NCBI GenBank assembly: GCA_963667495.1 | Contig: OY763426.1 | Coordinates: 1,347,615-1,411,614, forward strand | DNA from: Candidatus Binatia bacterium | GTDB lineage: Bacteria; Desulfobacterota; Binatia; Bin18 | Direction: 5' to 3' | DNA: 64,000 nucleotides | Shown: in pieces, positions 8,469-18,398 of the stretch | Layout: each line of letters starts with the position of its first letter | Numbering within the stretch: the first letter of the stretch is position 1 | The notes under the pieces: model-generated | What the model was told of the DNA's origin: nothing | What the model saw: only the letters and a program-made list of their open reading frames with translations | The model's database searches: none | Position numbers and translations under genes: made by a program

Positions 8469-10403
8469 TTAGTCCGGCAGATTCTCGATGGTCAGGGGCT
8501 CAACGGCTTCGGCCAAGGGGAACCCGAAAATGCGCGAGTAAAAATATAACTCGCCGTCCAAGGCGCGCCTGATATTCTCGGCCTTGCGAAAGCCGTGCTG
8601 TTCGCCCGCAAACAGGACATAGGCGACCGGCAACCCTTTCTCCCTGAGGGCCGCCACCATCAGTTCGGCCTGATTGGGCGGGACGATCTTATCTTCCGCG
8701 CCCTGGAAGACAATCAAGGGACACGAAAGTTGCTGGGTAAAATGAACCGGCGAGCGCGCCTGATAGACGTCCTGTCGCTCCGGGTAGGGTCCGACCAGAT
8801 TGTCCGGGTAGCGGGACTCGAACTTATGGGTGTCGCGCGCCAACGCTTCGAGGTCGCTGATCCCGTAATGGCTCGCCCCGGCCCGAAACGTATTGCGAAA
8901 GGTCAATGCACACAGGGTCGTATAGCCCCCGGCGCTGCCGCCGGTAATGGTCAGCCGCTCGGCATCGACCTCGCCACGGGCGACCAGATAGTTCGCACCG
9001 TTGACGCAGTCGTCCACATCGACAATCCCCCAGTGGCCGTTCAGGCGTTGCCGATAGGCCCGCCCATAACCGGTGCTGCCCCCATAGTTCACGTCCAGAA
9101 CGGCAAAGCCGCGGCTCGTCCAGTATTGAATACTAAGATCAAGCGCCGTCTGCGCGGCCGAGGTCGGTCCGCCGTGGCTTTTGACGACCAGCGGCGGGCG
9201 TTCCTCTTGTGGAGCAACGTAGTCAGCGTTTGTGGGCGGATAGAACAGACCGTACGCGGTCCGGTCGTGTTCGGTCGGAAAGGCAACGGCCTGGGGCGCT
9301 GAAAGATAACCAGGGTCCAGGTCGAGTTGGCTGGATTGACGCAGGACGGTACAGGCGTGTGTTTCCAGGTCGAGTTGGACGACCGCAGGCGGGGCGACTG
9401 GCGAGCCCGCCAGAAACACCGCCCTACCGGCTGAAGCGTGTACTCCACTCACTTCGGTATACGGCAGCGCAATGGCGTCGCACTGCCGCGTCCCCGGATC
9501 AAGGCCGGCCATATGCCAAGTCCCGTTTTCCGCGTAGGTGCAGATAATCCGGTTGGCAGAAGCGAAGGCATAGGTCGCCATACCAAACATCCACTGCGGT
9601 CGGCCAAAATCCGCGGTCTTTTCCCATAGTGCCTCGATGCTGCCGTTACGGACTCGATACAGATTCCACCAGCCGGAGCGATCCGACACAAAGTATAAGA
9701 TACCGAGCGGAGACCACTCGGGCTGAAAAATGGACTCCGCGTCGCCGCCGGCTACCCGCCTGACTTCCGCCAGGGAACCGTCCGAGCGGACCGTCCCTCC
9801 CCACAGCTCGGTGCCGTCCCATGGCATTTGCGGATGGTTCCACGACAACCAGGCGAGCTGGGTGCCGTCCGGGTTGAGCCGGGGGTTGGAATAAAAATCA
9901 CTCCCGGAGACGATGACCGTCTCTTCCCCGCTGGCGAGATCAATACTGACCAGGGTATTCACCGCTTCCTGTCCCGCCTGTCGGTGATCTTCGCGCACAC
10001 AGATCAAACGGCTACGCTGGGTGTCAACAACGGTATCGGCATAGCGCAGCCCGTCTACTGTGGTTAGGGGCGTGGGCTCGGCCGCTCCGGTCTGACAATA
10101 CAGCCGCTGCTCCGTAAAATTTGAAAAATAGAGTGCGCCGTCCCGGACGGCATATGCCCCGCCCCCATATTCATGCACGCGCGTCCGGGCATTAAAGGGC
10201 GCGGGTGTCAGGTCCGTTATCGTTCCGTCAGGCGTGCGTCGCACGATGACATTCCGCCCGCCCTCGGTCGGTCGTTGTTCTATCCAGTACACCGTCTCTC
10301 CATCCAGCCGAACCTGGCCTAAGCCTACCGTTCCGGCCACGATCAGGTCCGATGTGATAGGTGATTTCCACGAACCGTATGGGGCCGTTTTTTTGTCAGG
10401 CAT
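8469..10403 (-). CDS. S9 family serine peptidase (prolyl oligopeptidase / acylaminoacyl-peptidase type; beta-propeller plus alpha/beta hydrolase)
   Basis: The C-terminus has the GGSAGGY nucleophile elbow, the Asp and His residues of the triad, and a long N-terminal propeller. The start was moved to Met15 (10403) because a GAGGGG RBS lies upstream. Confidence 0.85.
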   Translation of the reverse strand: MPDKKTAPYGSWKSPITSDLIVAGTVGLGQVRLDGETVYWIEQRPTEGGRNVIVRRTPDGTITDLTPAPFNARTRVHEYGGGAYAVRDGALYFSNFTEQRLYCQTGAAEPTPLTTVDGLRYADTVVDTQRSRLICVREDHRQAGQEAVNTLVSIDLASGEETVIVSGSDFYSNPRLNPDGTQLAWLSWNHPQMPWDGTELWGGTVRSDGSLAEVRRVAGGDAESIFQPEWSPLGILYFVSDRSGWWNLYRVRNGSIEALWEKTADFGRPQWMFGMATYAFASANRIICTYAENGTWHMAGLDPGTRQCDAIALPYTEVSGVHASAGRAVFLAGSPVAPPAVVQLDLETHACTVLRQSSQLDLDPGYLSAPQAVAFPTEHDRTAYGLFYPPTNADYVAPQEERPPLVVKSHGGPTSAAQTALDLSIQYWTSRGFAVLDVNYGGSTGYGRAYRQRLNGHWGIVDVDDCVNGANYLVARGEVDAERLTITGGSAGGYTTLCALTFRNTFRAGASHYGISDLEALARDTHKFESRYPDNLVGPYPERQDVYQARSPVHFTQQLSCPLIVFQGAEDKIVPPNQAELMVAALREKGLPVAYVLFAGEQHGFRKAENIRRALDGELYFYSRIFGFPLAEAVEPLTIENLPD

Positions 10404-10523
10404 TGATCCCCTCACTGTATTTTGAAGGAAGAGACTGCATAGCAATCTCTATTCGTGTCGAGGTCTGGACTTTTCTCATTTTGTGCGTTTTTGTGAAAGC
10501 TATAGTATAGAGGAGGACATGGT

Positions 10524-10760
10524 ATGCAGTCTGCCTTACGTATCAAGACCACGGTGCTCCCAGGAGGAAAAATTGAAGTTGTTGATGAAACCCTCCAAGC
10601 AGGAGAGGCTGTAGACGTTATCGTTCTCCCCCAGCGAGCATCAACCGCTCGTCAATCGGCTGTCGATATTTTAGCCGGAGCACCAGGGCAACGTCTCTTT
10701 CACACGGCAGAAGAGGTCGATGCCTCCATCAAAAAAGAGCGCGACGCATGGGATCGTTGA
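10524..10760 (+). CDS. vapB: Type II antitoxin (VapB-like), partner of the downstream PIN toxin
   Basis: 78 aa. It overlaps the PIN-domain gene by 13 nt. Local GC is lower than the surroundings. Confidence 0.6.
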   Translation: MQSALRIKTTVLPGGKIEVVDETLQAGEAVDVIVLPQRASTARQSAVDILAGAPGQRLFHTAEEVDASIKKERDAWDR

Positions 10761-11188
10761 CTCTTCCCGCTATTGGTCCCATTTATCTTGATGCCAATGG
10801 ATTTATCTATAGCGTCGAGCGGATTGAACCGTACCGCACTGTACTCGAACCATTGTGGCAGCAAGCCCAAGCAGGACAGTTCCAAATCGTCAGCAGTGAA
10901 TTAACACTGCTCGAAACTCTTGTGAAGCCTTTCCAAAAGGAAGACGCATTACTCGAAAATATCTTTCGCTCCCTCTTTGTATCGCGTGAAGTGCAACTCA
11001 TTCCCGCTACGACAGCCATCTGGGAACAGGCTGCACGTCTTCGAGCCTCGCTCAACTTAAAGACTCCAGATGCACTACATGCCGCCTCTGCTCTTGCTGT
11101 TGGCAGCACTCTGCTTCTCACCAATGATCCGGACTTTCGTCAGATTCCAGACGTGCCGGTCACTGTTCTCGGCGACGTGGTCAGCTGA
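10748..11188 (+). CDS. vapC: PIN-domain ribonuclease toxin (VapC family)
   Basis: 146 aa. The fold pattern is PIN-like with conserved acidic residues (YLDANGFIY...TND). Confidence 0.7.
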   Translation: MGSLTLPAIGPIYLDANGFIYSVERIEPYRTVLEPLWQQAQAGQFQIVSSELTLLETLVKPFQKEDALLENIFRSLFVSREVQLIPATTAIWEQAARLRASLNLKTPDALHAASALAVGSTLLLTNDPDFRQIPDVPVTVLGDVVS

Positions 11189-11268
11189 ACCTCCCTTTCC
11201 ATTCTCCCTTTACTCCTCCCCACCCGCAGCGCTATGCTTCCCGGCAGTAACTCCAAGGAGGCAGGCGT

Positions 11269-12432
11269 ATGGAAACGGTCCAGCCCTCAGCGTGCGGGTT
11301 TGACGCGGCACGACTCGACCATTTCGTGGCGTGTATGCAGAACGATATTGAACGGGAACAGTATGACGGAGCGGTCGTTATTGTGGCGCGGGGGGGACAA
11401 GTCGTGTTGCACCAGGCGCTCGGATTTGCCGAACGGGCCAGCCGGCGCGCCATGCAAGAGGACGATGTTTTCTATCTCTTTTCCGTGACAAAGGCGCTGA
11501 CCGCCACCGCGATTCTTGCCCGCGTTGACCGGGGACAACTCGCCCTGACAACGCGTGTGGCCGAGATTATTCCCGAATTTGCGAGCAAGGGAAAACAGCG
11601 GGTGACTATCGCTCAGCTTCTGACCCATACCGCCGGCATGTCGGCCGGGTTTCCGCCCGTAGCCCAGGAGATGATGGGGAATCTCGAAGCAGTGGTCGCC
11701 GCGATCTGTCAGCAGGGGCTGGATGCCCTGCCCGGAGAGATTGTCAGCTATAGCCCGATTACCGCCCATGCGGTTCTGGGCGAAGTGGTTCGTCGCCTGG
11801 ATGGAGGAGAGCGGTCGCTACGACAGATTTTTGCGGAGGATATCTTTACTCCACTGCGGATGCCCGATACGGCCCTGGGTCTGCGGCCTGACCTGGCCGA
11901 GCGTAGGGTTCCGGTTGTGGTGCGCGACCGGCGGGAGGGGCTCTTTCCACCGGAGGTCCTTGAAGGCTTCAACGTCATGCTTCAGGAGGACACGGAAATT
12001 CCGGGTGGGGGCGGGGTGGGAACTGCCGCCGATATCTTCCGCTTTGCGGAAATGCTGCGGCGTAGCGGAGAGTTGGAAGGAGCCCGCATCTTATCGCCGG
12101 CTGTCATTCGCCTGGCCGCAACAAACCACACCGGTCTCAGGTCGAATAATCTGTGGAATTACACCAGGGAAGTCCGGAACTGGGATGAGTTCCCAGCGTC
12201 GCTCGGCTTGGGCTTTTTCGTGCGCGGAACGGGCATCTTTCCCACCTATTTCGGTACGCTGGCGTCGCCCAACACGTTTGGGGCGGTCGGGGCGGGCTCA
12301 ACCCTGTTCTGGATCGATCCGGAGCGTGACATCACCTGTGTGTGCCTGACCGCCGGGGCCCTGGAAGAGTCGTACAGCATGGAGCGCTTCCAACGTCTGT
12401 CCGATCTCGTTCTCAGCGCGGTCGTGGAGTAA
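11269..12432 (+). CDS. Serine hydrolase, beta-lactamase / esterase (class C-like) family
   Basis: The SxxK motif FSVTK and the family-wide pattern VVIVARGGQVVLHQALGFA are present. Confidence 0.8.
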   Translation: METVQPSACGFDAARLDHFVACMQNDIEREQYDGAVVIVARGGQVVLHQALGFAERASRRAMQEDDVFYLFSVTKALTATAILARVDRGQLALTTRVAEIIPEFASKGKQRVTIAQLLTHTAGMSAGFPPVAQEMMGNLEAVVAAICQQGLDALPGEIVSYSPITAHAVLGEVVRRLDGGERSLRQIFAEDIFTPLRMPDTALGLRPDLAERRVPVVVRDRREGLFPPEVLEGFNVMLQEDTEIPGGGGVGTAADIFRFAEMLRRSGELEGARILSPAVIRLAATNHTGLRSNNLWNYTREVRNWDEFPASLGLGFFVRGTGIFPTYFGTLASPNTFGAVGAGSTLFWIDPERDITCVCLTAGALEESYSMERFQRLSDLVLSAVVE

Positions 12433-12469
12433 GCCTGTCCTGAGTCCGGTCGAAGGGCCCGCCGCCCGC

Positions 12470-13519
12470 ATGATTACCGAAGCGCAGCTCCAGCAGATCT
12501 TTACTCCGCTGACCGGGGACCCGTCCCCGCGTGTTTGCCGGACGCTGTCGGGTAATATCAATACCATCCTCAAGGTTGAAGCCAACGGACGGATGTATGG
12601 CCTGCGTATTCGGAGCCAGGAGCAGGTCTATCGCTACGAGCCGGACCTGATGAAAGAGGTCTTTATCAGTTGGCTGCTTGACCCCGCTCATGCCGGGGCG
12701 GACGATGCGGAAAAGGCGCGGGCGCTGAGCCAACTACGGGAGGCTCAGCGTGGGGCCGGCCGCAAGAGTTCCGGTATTGAGCCCACCGGGCTGGCCTTTG
12801 ATTGGAGCCGGCAGATCCTGCCGCAGCCGTATTTCGTGTATGAGTGGATCGAAGGTGAGCCGCTGTGGGATGACCCGGACGCGCAATTATACCGGGCTGC
12901 GGGCCACGCGCTGGCAAGCCTGCATCGGGTGCGGTTCGATGCCTTCTACGCCGATTTCTTTGCCATAGGCCACACCCCGCAGGCCGGGGTGGACCGCCTT
13001 CGGGCTGCGCTGGACAAGGAAATTGGTGAAGCGCGCAGCCGACTCGACCCGACGCTCTCGCACGCGGTGGAGCATATTCCCATGCCGACCACGTTGCCGT
13101 TCTCCCCCTGTCTTATCCACAATGATTTCTCACCGGGTAATATTCTCGTTCGGGAAGGGCGACTCGTGGCCATTATTGATTGGGATAATGCGGTCGTGGA
13201 TGTGGCGCCGCTCGATTTTGTGAAGATGAAATACTGGACGGCAAAAGACGACCGAGGCCAACTCGGCCACAACCCCGTACTCTTCCGGGCATTTGTCACG
13301 GGTTACGGTCCTCGCGGGCCTGAGATCGTTGAGTCGGAGACCTTTGCCTGGTACGAATTATTATGGCTGTTGCGCGTATGGAATTTTGAAATATCCAAGC
13401 AGGAACGCGGGCTGGAGCGTGCCCCCGGCTACCCGGCCGCGGCCGAGTATGCCGCATTCCTGGAGGGAGCTATTGACCGATTGAACGCTCGCCGCGGCTC
13501 TTCGAGTCCCACCCCCTAA
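12470..13519 (+). CDS. Aminoglycoside / choline-kinase-like phosphotransferase (APH fold)
   Basis: It contains the catalytic-loop and DxD signature of this fold, LIHNDFSPGNILV....IDWD. Confidence 0.75.
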   Translation: MITEAQLQQIFTPLTGDPSPRVCRTLSGNINTILKVEANGRMYGLRIRSQEQVYRYEPDLMKEVFISWLLDPAHAGADDAEKARALSQLREAQRGAGRKSSGIEPTGLAFDWSRQILPQPYFVYEWIEGEPLWDDPDAQLYRAAGHALASLHRVRFDAFYADFFAIGHTPQAGVDRLRAALDKEIGEARSRLDPTLSHAVEHIPMPTTLPFSPCLIHNDFSPGNILVREGRLVAIIDWDNAVVDVAPLDFVKMKYWTAKDDRGQLGHNPVLFRAFVTGYGPRGPEIVESETFAWYELLWLLRVWNFEISKQERGLERAPGYPAAAEYAAFLEGAIDRLNARRGSSSPTP

Positions 13520-13576
13520 TCGGCTCCTTTGAAAAGATGAGAAACGACTCGAAAACCGGTATAATGATCTCTACCT

Positions 13577-14212
13577 ATGAGTCAGGCCGCCGAAGATCGT
13601 GAAGAGACCGCTTCACTCGAAGAAGTGCAGACCGAGACCGTAGTCCCGCGCCGGCTACCGCGTTGGAAGATCGCTCTGGTCAGCCTCGCTCTGCTAATGG
13701 GCGTGGCCGGCATGATGCTGCATCCTCAGTCGCCTTCAGGCGTTCAGGAAACGCGGACCGTGGGGAATCTCTCTGCCTCTGGAACCGATACGCTGCCGGA
13801 CCCACCGACTTTTCAGTCTGACCCGGTTCCAGCCTTTGATCCGGACTTCGATATGATGGAGGAAACGACTGAAGAGCCTCTCCCTCCGGACTGGGAGAGG
13901 CGGCTGGAGGACTGGTCTCCCTTGCTCACGAAGCTGGGCTTCAGTTTTGTCGTCGGATTCAGCATCGGTTATGTGCTACTGATCTTCCTGCGCACGACCG
14001 CTTTTCTGGCCGGCCTAGTCATGTTGGCGTTGTTTGGGTTGCAGTATCTCGGCGTGCTGTATCTCAACTGGCAGAATATCGAGACGAGTTATCAGTCGGT
14101 CCTGAGTTGGGTGTTGCCCCGGGCAGAAAACTTTCGGGACTTTATTACGCAAAATCTCTCTTCGTCCGGTATGGCAGCGATGGGGATTCTGACGGGTTTG
14201 ACGCGACGCTAG
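13577..14212 (+). CDS. Hypothetical membrane protein (FUN14-like C-terminal TM domain)
   Basis: 211 aa. The N-terminus is acidic and low-complexity, and two C-terminal TM helices follow. Confidence 0.5.
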   Translation: MSQAAEDREETASLEEVQTETVVPRRLPRWKIALVSLALLMGVAGMMLHPQSPSGVQETRTVGNLSASGTDTLPDPPTFQSDPVPAFDPDFDMMEETTEEPLPPDWERRLEDWSPLLTKLGFSFVVGFSIGYVLLIFLRTTAFLAGLVMLALFGLQYLGVLYLNWQNIETSYQSVLSWVLPRAENFRDFITQNLSSSGMAAMGILTGLTRR

Positions 14213-14244
14213 GGGGTTGGGGGGAGTATTCCCCCTTGAGATCA

Positions 14245-14958
14245 ATGGCCAATTTTAAAACGCACCTTGGCGTCGCCGCGGTGGGGAGCGGACTCCTGGC
14301 GACGGTCTGCTTGGGCGCGGGGATGAGCAGCCCGCAAGAAGTCGTCACCCTGTCCGTGGTCGGGACGGTCGGCGGGCTCCTGCCTGACATTGATCTCGAC
14401 CACTCCAGTCCGACCAAGCTGATCTTTACCGCCCTGGCCATTGTGTTTGCCTTTCTAGCCGCGTTCAATCGAGTCTCCAGCTACTCGATCGTCGAGCTCT
14501 GGATCGTCTGGGGGGTGGCGTATGGCGCAGTCCGCTATCTCGCCCTGGGCGTCTTCTCTGCGCTGACGGTCCATCGCGGTATTTTTCATTCGCTGGTAGC
14601 TGCCCTCTTTTTCTGGTTCCTGGTCACCAGCCTGAGCTATTATCTGTTTGCCCTGAGTGCGCTGTTCGCCTGGTCCATCGGTTTTTTTCTTTTTTTTGGC
14701 TATATCGTCCATCTGCTGCTCGACGAGCTTTTCAGCGTAGACCTCTTGAACTCGCGCCTCAAAAGCTCATTTGGGACAGCGCTCAAAATCGCCGATTTTC
14801 ACAACGCGCGGACCTCCCTGCTGATGACGGCTGCCGCGCTGCTCATGTTCCTTTCGACCCCGAGTGCCCAGCCCTTCCTCGACTGGGTTACGAACAAACA
14901 AACCTACCTTAATATTGCGGATCGATTTCTCCCCGAAGCGCTGTGGTTTGTGCTGTAG
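14245..14958 (+). CDS. Membrane-bound metal-dependent hydrolase (YdjM/DUF457-like)
   Basis: MANFKTHLGVAAVGSGLL...PDIDLDHSSPTK with multiple TM segments. The start was placed at the Met internal to the track ORF (14107) to avoid overlap with the upstream gene. Confidence 0.6.
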   Translation: MANFKTHLGVAAVGSGLLATVCLGAGMSSPQEVVTLSVVGTVGGLLPDIDLDHSSPTKLIFTALAIVFAFLAAFNRVSSYSIVELWIVWGVAYGAVRYLALGVFSALTVHRGIFHSLVAALFFWFLVTSLSYYLFALSALFAWSIGFFLFFGYIVHLLLDELFSVDLLNSRLKSSFGTALKIADFHNARTSLLMTAAALLMFLSTPSAQPFLDWVTNKQTYLNIADRFLPEALWFVL

Positions 14959-14959
14959 C

Positions 14960-15177
14960 CAGTCCATCCGCTTGCCACGACCGGGGCAACAGGAATTGAT
15001 TCGAGCCTTACTCGTTGCGACGCTCTCCGACAGTCGATTCTCAAAAGAGCCTTTGCGGGTGAGCTTGTCCCGCAGGACCCGCACGACGAACCGGCCTCGG
15101 TTCTTCTGGACCAAATCAGGGCCGAAAGAGAGAAGGCAGTGAAGAACAACCAGCGCTTGCAGCCATCTTCCGAATAA
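14960..15177 (+). pseudogene. Frameshifted 3' remnant of a type I restriction-modification specificity subunit (hsdS)
   Basis: One frame gives ...ALRQSILKRAFAGELVPQDPHDEPASVLLDQIRAEREKAVKNNQ*, the characteristic conserved HsdS C-terminal tail. Upstream sequence continues in a different frame as QQELIRALL. No intact hsdS, hsdM or hsdR is nearby. Confidence 0.55.
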
Positions 15178-15216
15178 TGATATCGCTTTCTCAATATCCT
15201 GATATCGGATGAATCC

Positions 15217-15465
15217 ATGAGCAAAGGGCTTGTCAGAACAGTGATCAGTTTGGATGACGAACAGAAAGCGTGGCTGGACCGGCAGGCCGCGTTGCGCCGT
15301 GTGTCCATGGCCTCGCTGATTCGCCAGGCGGTCAGCGAATTTCAGATACGGGAACAACACGGCTCGGCTGCATCGTTTCAGGAGGTGCTCAAGCAGACGG
15401 CGGGCATCTGGCAGGCTGGGGACGGACTCGAGTACCAGGAGCGTATTCGCAAGGAATGGCCTTGA
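15217..15465 (+). CDS. vapB: Ribbon-helix-helix antitoxin (VapB/CopG-like)
   Basis: 82 aa. It is immediately upstream of a PIN-domain gene, with a 3-nt gap. Confidence 0.6.
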   Translation: MSKGLVRTVISLDDEQKAWLDRQAALRRVSMASLIRQAVSEFQIREQHGSAASFQEVLKQTAGIWQAGDGLEYQERIRKEWP

Positions 15466-15468
15466 GGG

Positions 15469-15864
15469 ATGGCCAGATATCTGCTCGACTCGGTCATCGT
15501 CATCGACCACTTTAACGGCGTTGAGGCGGCGACGGAGTTTCTTGCCGCCCACGGGCGCGATTGCGTGATTTCCGTCATTACCCGCGCAGAGACGCTGGCT
15601 GGATTCCCTGCGGCATCGGAGTCCTTGGCCCGTGAGCTATTGGACACGTTTGCGACGCTGCCCGTCACCGTCGAAGTTGCCGATGCCGCCGCACGGTTGA
15701 GGCGCACCCAGCGCTGGAAACTTCCAGATGCGATTCAGGCGGCCATCGCCATTCAGGAAGGTCTGACATTGGTCACGCGAAACACCCGGGACTTCAAGGC
15801 CGGCGGCCCGGTCGCGGTAGAAACTCCGTATCGAATACCCAATCCGCTCATAAAGGAAGAATAA
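15469..15864 (+). CDS. vapC: PIN-domain toxin (VapC family)
   Basis: MARYLLDSVIVIDHFNG...LVTRNTRDF is a PIN fold. Confidence 0.7.
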   Translation: MARYLLDSVIVIDHFNGVEAATEFLAAHGRDCVISVITRAETLAGFPAASESLARELLDTFATLPVTVEVADAAARLRRTQRWKLPDAIQAAIAIQEGLTLVTRNTRDFKAGGPVAVETPYRIPNPLIKEE

Positions 15865-16062
15865 CACCACAGGAACATCGCTCCTACTGTCTCCAAAATC
15901 ACCATCCCCTCTTGGGAGGGACTTATATACGAAGGTTGACCGCCCGTATCCTGTTCTGGTTGTGATCCCGCAGGCCAGAGGCCCCGCCCGCATCCGTGCA
16001 GATTTAATGGGCAAAACCTATCTCTGCTCCTTGGCCTTGCCCCAGACTGTCAACCTTAACAT

Positions 16063-16221
16063 GTAATCCCCTCCTCGGAGGGGTGCCGCGCTAGCGGCGG
16101 GGTGGGTTATCCCCGGCCTGACAGTCCCACACGTCTGGCGAGCGCTGGTTCCTGGGAATGTGCATCACACGTCCTGTAGGAGTGCGGGCTTCCAGCCCGC
16201 ATGGCGGCCATCCTGGCCGCC
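16063..16221. repeat. Cluster of short GC-rich perfect hairpins in a 560-bp gene-free stretch (CCCCTCC-TCGG-AGGGG; GCGGGCT-TCC-AGCCCGC; GGCGGCCA-TCC-TGGCCGCC)
   Basis: The inverted repeats are seen directly in the sequence. No ORF supports coding, so this may be a structured ncRNA or REP-like elements. Confidence 0.35.
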
Positions 16222-16422
16222 CTCCCAGGCAGAGCACCGCCCCCCGCCCCGCCCACTTGGAGCCGGCCCCTGTCCTTCCCGACGAGCGCGGACTGGCAGG
16301 GCGACAACGTATCGTAAACCGCCCTCTCCTTTCCCTCCTCTTGACCTGCTCCAGACGGCAAGCCATCATGCTCCGATTGTTTTCCACGAGAGGGCAAAAA
16401 CCGATTCTATGCTAGGACTTTC

Positions 16423-16944
16423 ATGTTAGGGCGGCTCGGGGCGGTGTGGGGAATTGGTGGTGTTATCCTCTTACTGGTCTATTCCATCGTCCGACTCTCC
16501 GTCATTACGTTGGATGCCTTTCACTACGAGTTCTCCTGGTACCACTGGCTGGCGCTCGGCCTGAACGTCGGCTGGATGGCCTATTCGGAAGGCTATTACG
16601 GCTTTCAGTGCGGCTTTGCACCGCGAGTCGCAGCCCGTGCAAAATATCTGGCCGCCTATCCGAGTCCGCTGTGTGCATTGTTGGCGCCTGTCTTTTGCAT
16701 GGGCTATTTCTCCATTCACCGACCCCGACAAATCTTCGTCTTCGTTCTCACCGCCATGATCGTCGGCTTTGTCCTGGTCATCCCCTATCTGGCTCAGCCG
16801 TGGCGCGGCATTGTCGATGCCGGCGTGGTCGTTGGCTTGCTCTGGGGGTTGATTACCATTGTGGTGTTTGCCTTTCAGGCCTTTACGTCGGATGATTTTT
16901 CGTATTCGCCCGAGGTGCCGGGCTATACACCGACCCCGGAGTAG
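16423..16944 (+). CDS. Hypothetical integral membrane protein
   Basis: 173 aa with 4-5 predicted TM helices and a good Kozak-less start after the intergenic region. Confidence 0.5.
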   Translation: MLGRLGAVWGIGGVILLLVYSIVRLSVITLDAFHYEFSWYHWLALGLNVGWMAYSEGYYGFQCGFAPRVAARAKYLAAYPSPLCALLAPVFCMGYFSIHRPRQIFVFVLTAMIVGFVLVIPYLAQPWRGIVDAGVVVGLLWGLITIVVFAFQAFTSDDFSYSPEVPGYTPTPE

Positions 16945-17034
16945 CGACCCGCGCTGTCTCGTCGTGCTCCTCCGGCGGCTTCTCAGGCATAAGACCCAAT
17001 AGATTCCCCCAGGACGGTACAATCGTCACTTGTC

Positions 17035-18300
17035 TTGGACCATCCACGCCTTATAGTGTCCAAAGACAATTCGTTCGTCACCATGGACGCCATCAATCTT
17101 GCTCTCCCACTCATTGCGATCTCTGTCGTGGCTCTCTTGCTGCTGCCGGCAATCAAGGAGAGCGCAGTCTGGAGAGCGAGCGTTACGCCGTTGGCCTCGA
17201 TCATTGGCAGTGGCTTTTTGGTGGTCGCGCCGTTGCTCGCCCTGGTCGTTGGCTGGGCTGCTCCTCTGGCGATGTTGGCCATCGTTGTTATTGCCTATGG
17301 CCTGGGTGAAATTTCGCGATTCAATATTCGTCATGGCGAGCCCTTATTGCAAAGCGGCGAAGCGCCGGCCTTGCTGATGATGACCGAGCGTCTCGCGAAT
17401 TTTACCCTTTCGCTGGCCTATATCGTATCCGTTGCGTTCTACATCAGATTGTTAGCCTCCTTTATATTCAGAGGAGTCGGGTTAGACACGGCAATCGGCG
17501 CCCAGGTATTGACCACGCTGATTTTGATATTCATCGGCTATACCGGTTGGCGCCGGGGGCTGGAGGGCCTGGTCCGTGCAGAGGAGTATTCGGTCAGCAT
17601 CAAGCTGGCGATCATCGTGGCCCTGCTGTTCGGACTGGCGGATTATGATGTTTCTGTCGATTTTTCGATCCGTGATTTTCCGGCACCATCAGTGTCAACC
17701 TGGGAACAGCTTTGTCAACTTGCCGGCATGTTATTGGTTGTGCAGGGCTTTGAAACGTCACGCTATCTTGGCAGTGAATTTTCCGCGGAACTGCGTATCA
17801 AGAGTATGCGTTTCGCCCAGATCGTCTCGGGTCTGATCTACGTCGCATTTATTGTCATGTGCATGCCGCTCCTTCTGGGCCTGAAGGGTCTGAGCGTGGA
17901 CGAAACGGCGATGATCGGTCTCTCGGGTCACATCGCGACGGTCCTGCCGGCCATGCTCGTTTTGGCCGCCGCCATGAGCCAATTCAGTGCGGCAGTGGCC
18001 GATACGGCTGGCGCTGGTGGACTGGTCGAAGAGGAAAGCGGCGGTCGGATATCAGCGCGATACGCCTATGTGGCGGTGATCGGTTTGGGTATTGCATTGG
18101 TCTGGATGACCAATGTGTTCGAGATCATCGCCCTGGCTTCGCGGGCCTTTGCCGCCTATTACCTGTCGCAGGCTCTGAGCGCGTTTCAGATTGCCGGCCA
18201 CAGACCTGAGGGCCGGTCACGCCGGGTCGGCAGGATTGCTACGGCCCTGGCCTCCGTTCTGTTGGTCTGGGTCGTCATCTTTGCCGCGCCCGCAGAGTAG
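17035..18300 (+). CDS. Hypothetical polytopic membrane protein
   Basis: 421 aa with about 10 hydrophobic segments. The start may be the Met at 17084. Confidence 0.5.
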   Translation: MDHPRLIVSKDNSFVTMDAINLALPLIAISVVALLLLPAIKESAVWRASVTPLASIIGSGFLVVAPLLALVVGWAAPLAMLAIVVIAYGLGEISRFNIRHGEPLLQSGEAPALLMMTERLANFTLSLAYIVSVAFYIRLLASFIFRGVGLDTAIGAQVLTTLILIFIGYTGWRRGLEGLVRAEEYSVSIKLAIIVALLFGLADYDVSVDFSIRDFPAPSVSTWEQLCQLAGMLLVVQGFETSRYLGSEFSAELRIKSMRFAQIVSGLIYVAFIVMCMPLLLGLKGLSVDETAMIGLSGHIATVLPAMLVLAAAMSQFSAAVADTAGAGGLVEEESGGRISARYAYVAVIGLGIALVWMTNVFEIIALASRAFAAYYLSQALSAFQIAGHRPEGRSRRVGRIATALASVLLVWVVIFAAPAE

Positions 18301-18398
18301 TCCGAAGCATTTTGTGCCCGGTGCCCGTCGCTTGACAGTGCTGGATAGCTTCAGGCAAAACCAGAACTGGAAACTATACCGTACCGAGGAGACGACTT

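Noticed and set aside
14107-14244. Upstream part of track ORF 14107..14958
   Set aside because: It overlaps the preceding membrane-protein gene in another frame. The YdjM-like homology starts at MANFKTHLG (14245).
15463-15468. A TGA between the RHH antitoxin and VapC ORFs in the same frame, considered as another possible Sec codon
   Set aside because: The two products are a canonical separate antitoxin/toxin pair. No redox motif surrounds the codon. The downstream gene has its own ATG 3 nt later, so this is simply a stop with a tight intergenic gap.
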